Shown here in pieces: positions 1 to 12,300 of a DNA stretch of 64,000 nucleotides. Made by a program: the position numbers and the translations under genes. The notes beneath the pieces are model-generated. The model saw only the letters and a program-made list of their open reading frames with translations, did not search any database and was not told where the DNA came from. The stretch covers positions 107,346,770 through 107,410,769 of the forward strand of contig NC_068981.1 in the NCBI RefSeq assembly GCF_001194135.2, in the 5' to 3' direction. Each line of letters begins with the position of its first letter. Position 1 is the stretch's first letter. This stretch comes from Octopus bimaculoides. Lineage: Eukaryota.

Positions 1-1425
1 CTATAAGATGCACCCAGTGTAAGCTATGGACACATAAGATGTGCAGCAATATCAAAGGAAGGCTAACTAGGAAGTTAGTTTTTGTATGTGGCAGATGTTC
101 AGGAGCAATAAACACTGAAAATGTGCAGAAAACAACTTCTGCCACATTCCAGGGAGAAAAACTACAAGTAGTTGATAGCTTCCATTATCTAGGTAACCAA
201 GTTAGTAGTGGGGGAAGGTGCACTGAAAGTGTAGCTGCTAGAATAAGAATAGCCTGAGCAAAGTTCAGAGAACTCTTACCTCTGCTGGTAACAAAGGGCC
301 TCTTGTTCAGAGTAAAAGGCAGACTGAATGACGCATGTGTACGAACAGCCATGCTACATGGCAGTGAAACATGGGCCGTGACTGCTGAGGACATGCGTAA
401 GCTCGCAAAGAACGATGCCAGTATGCTCCGATGGAAGTGTAATGTCAGTGTGCATACTCGACAGTGTAAGTACCTTGAGAGAAAAGTTGGACCTAAGAAG
501 AATCAGTTGTGGTGTGCAAGAGAGACGATTGCACTGGTATGGTCATGTGGTGAGAATGGATGAGGATAGCTGTGTGAAAAAGTGCCACACCCTAGCAGTT
601 GAGGGAACCTGTGGAAGAGGCAGGCCCAGGAAGACCTGGGATGAGGTGGTGAAGCACGACCTTCGAACATTAGGCCTCACTAAGGCAATGACTTATGACC
701 GAGTTCTTTGGAAATATGCTGTGCGTGGGAAGACCTGGCAAGTCAAGTGAGACCATAATCCGAGGCCTCTGGCAAGGGTGTAGCCAGCCCACTTATGCAT
801 ACCTTTCCTTCATTGGACACTAAATTCTGCTTGCAAAGCCTGTTGGGGTGAGTGAGGTCGAAATCAAACCATATTCAACGACTGGCCTCCATGCCAACCT
901 TCCTTCATTGGATACTAAACTTGGCTTGCAAAGACCTGTTGGGGCAAGTGAATTCGAAATCGTGTTGACACCTGTACCAGTGGAGTGCTAAGAGCACCAC
1001 CTGAGCGTAATCATTGCCAGAGCAGCTATCTGGCTTCCATGCCAGTGGCACGTTAATAGCACCATTTGAGCGTTATCGTTACCAGCGTCACCTTACTGGC
1101 ACTTGTGCTGGTGACACGTGAAAAACATTCAAGCAAGATCGTTGCCAGTGCCGCTGGACTGGCTCCTGTGCAGGTGGCACATAAAATACACCATTTTGAG
1201 TGTGGCTGTTGCCAGTACCGCCTGACTGGCCTTCATGCCGGTGGCACATAAAAGCTCCCACTACACTCTCGCAGTGGTTGGTATTAGGAAGGGCATCCAG
1301 CTGTAGAAACTCTGCCAGACCAGATTGGAGCCTGGTGCAGCCGCTGCCTCTCCAGACCTCAGTCAAACCGTCCAATCCATGCCAGCATGGAAAACAGACG
1401 TTAATCGATGATGATGATGATGATA
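1..1425 (+). mobile_element. RTE-clade LINE 3' end: inactivated ORF2 C-terminus plus 3' UTR ending in (GAT)n
   Basis: Reads ...[50 protein letters not shown], then (frameshifted) VQERRLHWYGHVVRMDED..GRGRPRKTWDEVVKHDLRTLGL. In-frame TGA at 255-257 where the copy at 38221 has TGG. Tail ends ...ttaatcgatgatgatgatgat. Confidence 0.92.
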
Positions 1426-2529
1426 ATATACACTCATCCATATAATAGTTTATGTGGAAATTGAATTAAAATTAGAAAGTAATGGATCCATATAATTTAT
1501 TCCAATTTTTTAAATTTTCAAGTAACTGGACTAACTATGTACATAATTCCTCATCTCTTAAATATTGGACTAACTATTCAATGAATTCTAGTGTGGCTGA
1601 GTACTCCACTTACACTAACATCCTTAACATAATCCTTCAGTAGAATTTACTTGACACAGTGTGTAAAAATACTGTAAAATTACTTGTACTGTCTATCTAC
1701 CAAATTTCTACAAAATATCCATCAACCTACAAGGCTTGAAAGTAAATGAAATCAGAAAGCTCTGAAAAGCAAGAAGTTTTAATTCTATCATTGAAAATAT
1801 TCCTAACGGTGCTAATACTTCATATGCAATATGATATTGATGAAAACATGATTATCTGATAGGTTTGTTGAGATTTAATACTGCAAGATAGTCTAATTTG
1901 AGAATGTGCTTTCTTGCCATGTGTACAGAGAATAATTTTAAAATTTAGTGGAAGCAGGAATCTAGTTGAATAATTATCATGAGGATAAAAATGGGAGTAT
2001 TCCAATGTCTGTTTATTAAGGTGAAATTTTCAAGTTAAAACTTTGTATGCTTATAAAATAGCTAAAAATCTTAATGAAACTCAACATCCTGTTGCAATTG
2101 GATTTGTTAGAGTATTTAATATTTTAGACATTAGACGACATTATTGATGCACAAGAAATATAACTTGGGAATTATTAAGGTTTTTAAATACTGTAACATC
2201 TAACTGTAAAAAAATGAATTCCCAATATAATTCCATGTGACCATATCACATTGAGCTACTAGATAGAAATGTTAAAAATTGGCAATACCATTTCTTTTTG
2301 CTGTTAAAAATTATAACAAACACACACTCATCCATCCATGCATATACACCAACATAATATTCATATATGTAGATACATGCGTATGCTTACATTACACATA
2401 TATATATAAAACAACTTTACAATTATTAAAACATACTCAGAAATTGTACAACCAAAAGCAGATGAATGCCACAAAAAATATCACAAAACTAATGACTTGA
2501 TCAAACAGAAAAATCTATTCTTAAATGTG

Positions 2530-2586
2530 TAATATACATATATATATGTATATTATTTTTGTTGGTAGTTAATTTATAATATATTG

Positions 2587-2647
<61 letters not shown>

Positions 2648-2715
2648 TATATACACATATATATATACACATATACATATATTTATATACACAAATATAT
2701 ACATACACACACACA
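2530..2715. repeat. (AT)n/(AC)n compound microsatellite
   Basis: Directly visible. Confidence 0.95.
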
Positions 2716-5378
2716 CTTACACCATAAATAATTTAAAATATAGTTCCAACAAAACAGCATATCCCAGGAAAATATTCTGTATAAATAGTAAATATTTCAA
2801 TAGTAAAAATCAGCAAGACATGCAAGACACAGAATTGATAGCACATGTTGGTTTTAACACACACAAGCCATGCAACTACATGTCCCAAAACCAACAAAGG
2901 CTTAGAATATATCTGCGACATAACACAACAGCAGCCTAAAATTTCTCTCCTCAGTTTGACCTACATGAAAACGTAAAGCAAAACACAAATGTAATGAAAT
3001 TGTTGCAACATCAATTTTCCCTCCAAATCTCAACCTTGGACAGCAGCACAGATTTCTTTGAATAAAACACACCAAACCAAAACTTTCAAATGCTAGCCAT
3101 ATATGTCAAGTACATTTCTGGCAATCACTTGATCTACCAAGAGAATCCAATGCAAAATGTAGGATAGATGTTAAATGAGATGCAACATGCTGTCACATTC
3201 CAAATAGCTAATTAAAAGATGAAAAAATCTACAGCCAGCATGAAAACAAACGTCCTTTTGAATCTGCATGTCACTAAAACATTTTTGACCAAGTTTTTTA
3301 ATAGAGCTACTTAACAACAACAAATCTCAATTAAGTTCAAACTTAAAAGTTTTCAAGCTTCATTGTTATATGTTTCTGTTGGTCACACAATGTTATATTG
3401 GTTCATAAACTAACTAATATACTTATTCTGGTGAAGGTGGTTGTCACACAATAGATACATACTTAGAAAAACTGTAGAAATACACAAATATGCCATCAAC
3501 AAAAAAACATGTCCTCATAGGGCCTCTTGATACAAATTGTACAACTAGAGACTAAAAATAATGCACTGAGACTGGTCTAGTTAGTTAAACTAACCACATC
3601 ACTGCACACACAATTTAAAACAAGAATGAGAATTTATATTGGTTATACTTATGTGAATACTAATGATGAACAAAACCTCAACCTTGAGAATAATACTGGC
3701 AACTTGAAAACAGAGTGTTGTGACTCTGAAATATTGACATATAAATATTGTAGTCCTAGCAACAGGCTTTTCATTTGTTTATCACCATTTATAAATTTAA
3801 ACATAAAAATGGACAAATAAAAACAAATGTACAAAACATCTAAAAAGTTGATTTGCAGGTACTGATAAATCATGATCTACAACTGTAAAAGATAGGCCTT
3901 CAATGACTGATTCATGAATTCACCATAAAACAATATAAGATCAAGACATGGAAGTTTGTGGTATAGGAAACTGACAGAGGTAACTCCTTTTAATTTTCAA
4001 ATCAATAAAGTAAAGTATTAGCAGTGTAATAGCAAAAGGATCAAATTTACAGAATCTAGGAACCTTTTGTTCATTAGCAAAACAGCCAAAACTTCATTAT
4101 ATTTGTATGTAAAAACATTTTATCATGATATCTATCCATAAAAATTTATTACAGTAGCTATGAATAAACATACAAACAGGTATGTTATATTTAAAAAATT
4201 ATTACGATGTAGTTTAGTGTGTATTTCATCTTTTGATATTTTTACTTGAGTTTTGATAGTAAAAATTCTAAATATACATGGAAGTTAAAATATACTAAAC
4301 TTAAACCGTATACTCAATTCAATACGCTTAAACTAAAAGCTTGGCACACATATTGTATCTGTATGTCTCAGCATGCATGTGTAAATATTTATATGATGAT
4401 GTAAAATTCTTCTTCATTTTAGCTAAGTTTAGTAACAAAGACTCAAAAAAGTAGCAGAGACACTATAATGTAGGAAATAATTAGTTATATATAAAGATTA
4501 TCACAGCTAGAAAGAGGTATAAATTCTGGGTTATATGGAAAAAAAAATATATTAAAAATTAGCAGGATTGTTTATTGAAAAGTTTGTAGACACAGAATCA
4601 AATTTGAAATAAATAAATACAGAAATAATAAGTAGCATCTCATGGTGTGCATTTAATTTTTTCTTGATTATATAGTTGTAGTCTACAGTATAAAATAGTT
4701 ACAGTTACTGTTTTAAATTCTCAAAATAAGGGCAATAATAAAACAATAGTGAAGTGGTAGTAATCATACAGCACCAGACTATATGCCTTAAAGTATTGTT
4801 CCACTCCTCAACATTCTGTGTTCAAATCCTATAAAGGTGAATTTTTTAAATAATCCTTCTGTCTGATTAACATAGTACCAGTGATGTCAAGATGATTTCA
4901 TCAAACTAAACTCCTTTTCCACAAGTTTATCATACTGTTTCCATATAAGAAATCAATATTAGATCAATGAAATAATAACTATTTCTATTGTTGAAGGTTT
5001 CTCATTTTTATGATCTGTTTGTTAAATGTTTTGAATAGTTTTGATGCAAAGCTAAAAACAAATAAATATAAAATTACATCTGTTAATTTGCATATCATTT
5101 TCTATTCAAACAATATTTCAGATAATGGAAAATATGGCAGATTGATGGGAAAACAGAAGAATATGTTCATGTGTAAACATGTTTTGATCAATAAAAGGAT
5201 GCAGAATTTGATTCACACATTTCAGTTGTTTGTTGTAGATATCTAAATAGATTGTCTAGTGTGGACTGAGGATTATCAAATAAATATTTTACTTAAAATC
5301 ATACTGGTGCTGCAGCACTGGCAATAATAGTCATTAAAAAAATAATATATATAGGTAAAAGTTTCTCACACGTGTACA

Positions 5379-5455
5379 TGCACACACACACACACACACG
5401 CACACACACGCACACACACACACACACACGCACACACACACACACACACACATAC
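5379..5455. repeat. (CA)n microsatellite
   Basis: Directly visible. Confidence 0.95.
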
Positions 5456-8400
5456 AGCTTTGTGGAGCTTTTTTTCCCCAAATAATTTGAAAGTTTTGTT
5501 GTAGTGTTTTAAATGAAAAAATTACAATTCCACTATAATTTTTCTTATCAGTCTACATTTCTGCAGCACCCAGTTACAAATACTCAGCACACTAGAAATG
5601 GATAATCTTATTTGAAAGACACTGAACTGATTTAATAATAGACTGTTCCTACACTGTAATTTAAAAAATTATATTTAAGATGAAAAAAGATTTAAAAAAA
5701 TTTTTTTTCAAAGAAAGAATGTCAAACAATTTAAGCCTAAAAAGTGATAAAATCAAAATATGGATTAGATGCTAAAATGTTAGGGATAAAATTTTAAACT
5801 TTCTTTCAGAATAAAATGTTATAGCTAAAACTAGTTATTATTTGATTTAATGAGGGATAATTTTAGGAAATTTTCAATCTTAATGACTTTTTAATAAATT
5901 TGAACATTTTTCCTAAATTTCTTGAAATTAAGGATTTTTAAAAAAGATGTCCTGTATCCATAATGATATTTTTTAATAAATTATTATAATTCATTTCAAA
6001 ATAAAGAGGTTAATAAATCCTGTTTAATTTAGTTACTCAAATTAACTCCAAACTTGTATTATATTAATCAGTTAGGAATAATTAGCTTAATTTATAAAAA
6101 GATATTCATGAAAACACTCAGTTATGTCCAGGCACTCTATATGATTGTTTTATTCATTGTCAATGAACAAGCTCATTTAAAATGCTTGCAATAAGGGACA
6201 ATTGTTTGTTTATAATTATTATTAACACAGGTTATTAAATATATAGTTATACCACACATGGTTTTTCAAAGGGGGAATATTTTGACTGTTTATTCAAAAT
6301 ATGTTAAAATGTATAAAATGTTATAAAATTCACCAATTTCTGGTAAACACTTCTTATTGTACATACACTCAACACACATTCTATATTCTAATTTACAATA
6401 TATCAAAAAAACTTTTAAAATCTATTAACTATTGAATTATTAAAACTAAGATATATTATTTTATTCAAACATTGATTTCCCACAATGAATAGTATACTTA
6501 TTAAGAAACTACTTATCAAAGTGAAGTTGGCTGTACTTAAAGAATGGAAAATACAATAAATTACAATATAATTGAAAATTCAATAGTATTACTGAATAAT
6601 ATTATACTATAACAGAACTTGGTGAAATGTGAACTCACTACACTGGTTTAAGATGATAGGATAAAAAAAAAGGAGTTTGGACCTGCATGCATAATAGGCG
6701 ATATTTTTGTTAAGAAAGACTGGGTACATCTTTTAACATCATAATATGGTTTTTCATTGATGATTTAAGAATACCAATTTCTAAAGTAGAAAATGTTGCA
6801 AATAATATAAACTGAAAGAAAAATACTAACATATTGTGTCATAACTGTCAACAAAATGGGCTTTATTCTTAGTTGAAACTATATCACTAATGCAGCTAAT
6901 ATCCTTAGGAGAAGCTTTAGCATCACAACTTTATATTTCTATTATGCTTAAATAATGGAGCTTTGTGTTGAGTCAAAAGGAATCCATGACTAAAACCATA
7001 AATACCTATACAGATCTATCCATAATTAAATTTAAATCTATGGAAAATACCTCTTAAAACATCTGACAGTGTCATGTACAACAATAGGGGAAAAAAAGAA
7101 ACCATATTACTTTGAAGAAACGAGACAATTAAGTCAGCACTAATTAAAAAATAGTACATGAAGTAAAATGATACATATCACAAAGGTCACATTCTGTGCT
7201 ACATAACTATGAAGGCAAAATATAGATAGTAAAGTACCAACACTTTGTACTAATTGATCTTCTGAAAGTATTCTATAACTTAAAGGATCACTGATAAAAT
7301 TACAGAAACAAAGTTAAAATGTTAAGTGAAAAATCTGATATATGAGCAGATGTTCTTAAAACTTTTTGCTGTTTCTTTTAGAATTCTATATCATACTTAT
7401 TTTTGTTGCAGGTTCAATATCCTATCAAAAGGAAACATTTTACAGCTAAAAAAAGAAAGACCAAATTAATGTGGCTGACTACAGTTGTTAGAACCATACC
7501 AGTTCAATATGTTTAACTTAATGCCCAGAATTCTAAATCATAAATAATTGCATTTCAATGAAAAAGAGTGAGTCAGAGAAGAATGAGCAGCACTCATTCT
7601 TTTTTTCAGGGTTTTTTTTAAGCTGGTGGGGAGAAGTTAACTTTAGATGTGAGACCAAGGGCCAAGTGGTGGTGGCAACCATGCAATGTGTCATGTCTAC
7701 TACCCAAGAACAGCAACATTCCTCTAATAGGTTTTTTCTCAGAGCTTCCTTCTTCTAAATTTCACTCACAAAATGGCTTAAAAAACTTGCCCAAGGTACT
7801 GTGCAGTGGAAATGAATTCAAAACTAGTTAGTTGCATAGTGAACCTTTTAACTACAGTTATGTTCATACTGTTCATAGGGATTAAAAGAACTGGCATAAA
7901 AAAGAGCATTTCTAATGCATAGACATGGATTACATACAGTCTAAGAGAGTCTGCTAGTAGTCCACTCTCAGAATCTTTCCTACAAATGCCTGTAATAGTT
8001 CAAATTATACAATACTGTTACTGTATAGCAGCTGTATGTTTTCAATACCAGATACTAGTGAGAAACCTTACAAGAAAACTAGATGTGATTTGGATAAAAA
8101 AGAATGACATGCCTAAGCTTTTATAAAGAATCCACCAAATAGTAAAGTCATATAAACATAAATCCAGCTAATATCAGAGTGAATCATGCAATAAACTCTC
8201 TAATGCAATAGTTAGGTTTTTTTTTTAGGGATGTACTATCCCTCTGAGCTCAGTATATTTTTGTTTTGATGTGTAGGACATGTGGTGTCTAAATTAAAAT
8301 GAAAGTACTGAGGTAACATTTTAAGGCATTGAAAGTGTTTCTGCAATTACTTAACCTTCTTGCTAAAGGTAGAGCTAAACATTTCACAACACTCTACAAT

Positions 8401-9090
8401 CCATAAAATAGAGATCACATATTTTAAATCTTGAATCTTTACAACATGCTAACCATAAAAGTTGTGGTGTTATGGTTAGAATTCTGCCTGAATGAGTGAC
8501 AATGTTTAATTCTCCACCCATCCCCCGAAATCCTACCAAACATATCATTTCCATCTGAGAAAAAGAGAGAGATAGAGTGATTGATCTTAAGATCCATAAA
8601 GACAAGAAGAGAAATGTTGTTGCTGATGATAAAAGAGTCTTTATATGCAAGTTTAAACCATTGTATTGTAGCAAAAATCTTGAGAAAGGATAAAGGGAAT
8701 AAGATATTTGAGAAGTGGAATTTGAGCTGAAAAGTTTTGGAATTTAAAACTCAAGTGTTAGGAATATATAATAAAGAAGTTGTTATCAAATTTGTGCTGC
8801 TGGGCTGGTTGTACAGAATAACCAGAAAAGATTACAAAAGGAGAGAGCATATCAAACAACTTAAGACTTATGTATGTGGTTTAGGGACAACAGGCAAAAT
8901 ACTAAAAACAGGCCAAGCTGGAGAAAAATGTAATCTAACCACTTGTAATACCTTTCAAATCAATTATTCATCTTATTTTAAGCGTCTATTTCTATATAAA
9001 TATGTGAGAGAGAGAATAGAACAAATCTACTTTAGCAGTCTTGTAATGTTTTCATTAATGTACCCAGTCTTATTATTTATATACGTATAC

Positions 9091-9128
<38 letters not shown>

Positions 9129-9253
9129 CAAGTTACAGTAAACAGCACACTGACTCTCAAGAATATGGATGCTAGGTTGTTGGTCAAGCAATTTTAACTG
9201 TATAAAAGCAGGTAGTTGCCTAAACAGCATACTTGCAAATGAAGTATAAATAC

Positions 9254-9337
9254 CATTTTGTCAGAATAGATGTTCACCCACTCACTGTGTTTGGCATTGT
9301 TTAGCACCAATGGTCGACTGAGAACAGGAAGATATTC
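9254..9337 (-). CDS. CACNA2D: alpha2delta exon variant B (84 nt, phase 0/0): [28 protein letters not shown], a homologue of the exon at 28689-28772
   Basis: Acceptor ttgatttgttcaaag, donor gtattt; stop-free; same length and phase as variant A with 11/28 identical aa (Y2,V5,L6,R8,P9,L10,L12,N13,W20,Y24,D26). Not in the ORF track. Confidence 0.85.
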
Positions 9338-12300
9338 CTTTGAACAAATCAAGGTTTTCAAGTTAGCCAAATCAAAGGATTACATTGTAAAATATCCAAT
9401 GGGATACTAAAAATGGAATTTACATTAATGTCTTTCTAAAAAAGGAACGGAAAGTGTATCTTAATAAAAAGAAAATAAAGAAACAATTATGTTAGTTCTG
9501 GATAGAAACAGGATGCAAGAGTGAGTTTATATATAGACTAGCTATTTGAAAAAGTATAAAAAGAAGAAAAAAAACTACGAATAAAATCAAGAATAGTCTT
9601 TCTTATGATGTCAGTCAGGTCCATTTAATATCTGTGTATAGTAAAAAAGAGTGTAGAGTAATAGAATTGTCTACATGAGAAATTAACACTGAAACACGAG
9701 TGCCTAGTAAATTATGTGAAATTTATGGACATTTGGAAGCTTATGATAATGATAGAATATGCAACAGAAATCAGCTAACTTGCTGAGAGATAACAGATGC
9801 TTAAATTCGTTCCTTACTATATGTATCCTCAAGACTGAGATAAAAAAAAATATATATAAAGCATTTGGTATGAAAATAGTACTCCATTATCATAAATCTA
9901 TAAATTGAAAGAGGCTGTCCAAAACTTCAAAAATTTAGGCTTGTGAATTCAGTATATTCTAACAAACACATAATATAGCAAAACAAGTTTTAGTATTATG
10001 TTAGACTCTAACAATTTTTAAAGTTGATCTTGAAAGTATTGTTTTAGAAGTATGAAAGATGTGCTGAATACTATTGCACAACCATAACTAGAACTGGAAA
10101 CAAGAATTTTATACAAAAAGTCATCAATATAAATGTTTATTTTTGTTTAGATGAGGTGAAGAAAAGCATGAACATTAATGTAGTGAAGAGAACATTAAGC
10201 TATTTATAAATTAAAATTTTGGAAAATTTTCCCAAGGTTTTAATGATTCTCAATTAGTTTTAGATTTTATTGAAACTGCTTCCTTTCAGATTTAAAACAG
10301 ACTACATATTCACAATTTTCACCAAACAGAAAAATAACATATACTCAAAGGGATAAACCAGACAGTTGATATATTTCTGACAGTATTGGAAACTATTTCA
10401 TACACTCGTCATGATATAAGAAAATGCTTCAGAGTTATGACTTGGTAGTTTCTATGTGTAGAAAAGAACAAATACTGTTTTTGATGAAAATGTGATTGTG
10501 CTTTTCCTTGCAAAAAACACAAAAACAAATATTAATGGACTTAATCAGTAATGCAATCAATGAGTTGATTAAAAAGCAGTTAGAAAATGAGAAAGCTGAT
10601 GTTGTAATGGCAAAAACCCTTTCCCAAGATAATAAAACACAGATAAGAGACATCTGTTATGTAAGGGGAGTGATCAATACATAGTGGCATAGTAAGTGCC
10701 AAGATTGATTGGGAGATGCTCAAAAGAAAATATTTTGATATTTATAGGATTTTCTCTTCACAAAAAAGGTATAAAAGAAGCAATAAATATAGATGATCAA
10801 CAAAGTCTAGAAAGAAGAGCCAATATGATTAGATATATCTATAATATAAATAAAAAAGGATAGACTGTTTAGATAAGCTATAAAAACAACTAGCAATTAT
10901 GAAGATCAGATGTTTTCTGCAAGAGAGAGATAACTTCAATCACATAGACATTCAGGAAACATGTATAAGAGTTGAAGTGAACACAATTTGTGGATCAAAT
11001 GATCAGTGGTTATCAAATAGAAATACTGTAAAGCTCAATATAAAAACTCACAGCAAAGTTGTTTAGGTTAAGACATGATAACAAACAACTATCTGAAGAG
11101 AGCTGATGATTCTATAACACAGAATATGGATACAAAAATTTTGATTGATACAATCATTAAAAACAGAATATTGCAGCAGATTCAGTACTCTGTTACTCTC
11201 TCTCTCACACACACACATACACACAATACAATACACACACAATACAATATATATATATCTTAATATATAAAAATATATATGAAGTAAATAATGATTGTAA
11301 AGCAGTTTTAGAAGCTTATCATCAAACTTTACCAAATTGCAGACTACTTCCCATCACTGGAATTGGACACATGTTGGCGAGTCATCATCATTTAATATCC
11401 ACTTATCCATGCTGATACATCATAATATTACAGTATATACAGACAGAAAATTCTGCAAATTTGCAAAGTTGATGGAAAACTTCCTAAATTGTTCAATAGC
11501 CCCATCCACCTTACACACTATAGGTGTAGTTTAATATTCAATTTAAAAAAAAAATCAATACACTTTTGAGATATCCAACAATTTATCATTTCAAAATGTA
11601 AAACATTTTATGTGATATTTTAAATTCCAAAAGCCATAAATGTTACAAAATTGCAAATTAACCTACCAGCATTACAGGAATAACTGGTCATGTAACAGGA
11701 CTTTTTGACTACTTGAACAAATATATTAGAAAGTAGAATAGGGATTTAGAATATATTTAAAATCATGTAAGCACATACCTATACACACACTGAATTCAGT
11801 TATATGTGCAGGTTAAGTTTTATGAGACTGACAATCCTAGCATTAATTCTTTTAATTCTCTTTTGAAAGGGTCTGGCAACAATTTCTTTTCTAAATTATA
11901 ATCTAAAACATTTTTAAAAAAACCTTTTAAAGAATTAACATTGCTTTTAAACATTCCCTTATATCTCACAAATCAAATAATCATTGAGCACTTTTCTCTC
12001 CTTCTTATTAAGTTATGAGATACATTTTGCAATTGTTTAATTGTATTTAAAGCTTCAATGTGTGGTACAGTGGCAAAATTGGTTGAGAGTTGAGCAAAAT
12101 ACTTTCTAGTATTTAGTTATGTCACTTTATGCATTGGTTTTCAATTATTTTTTAGTGAGTTGATTTTCATACAAACCATTGAAATGAAACTGGAACAGAA
12201 GTTAGGCAGCTCGCCTAAATGCACAATACACTGGCATGAATAGCATTTGAATCAAATTTAGATGCGCATTAACCTTGCAATTATTTTACATATTATATAA

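Noticed and set aside
2733-2921. ORF containing IYSKPLLVLGHVVAW, faintly like exon B
   Set aside because: No acceptor at the position homology requires, no Asp and no donor at the expected end; probably chance.
8454-8554. Minus-strand exon-like segment with a strong pyrimidine tract, about 700 nt after exon B
   Set aside because: Phase-0 translation (MEMICLVGFRGMGGELNIVTHSGRILTITPQLL) does not match the expected next segment (LGL..T.TLPV.N), and the pyrimidine tract derives from an (AG)n run.
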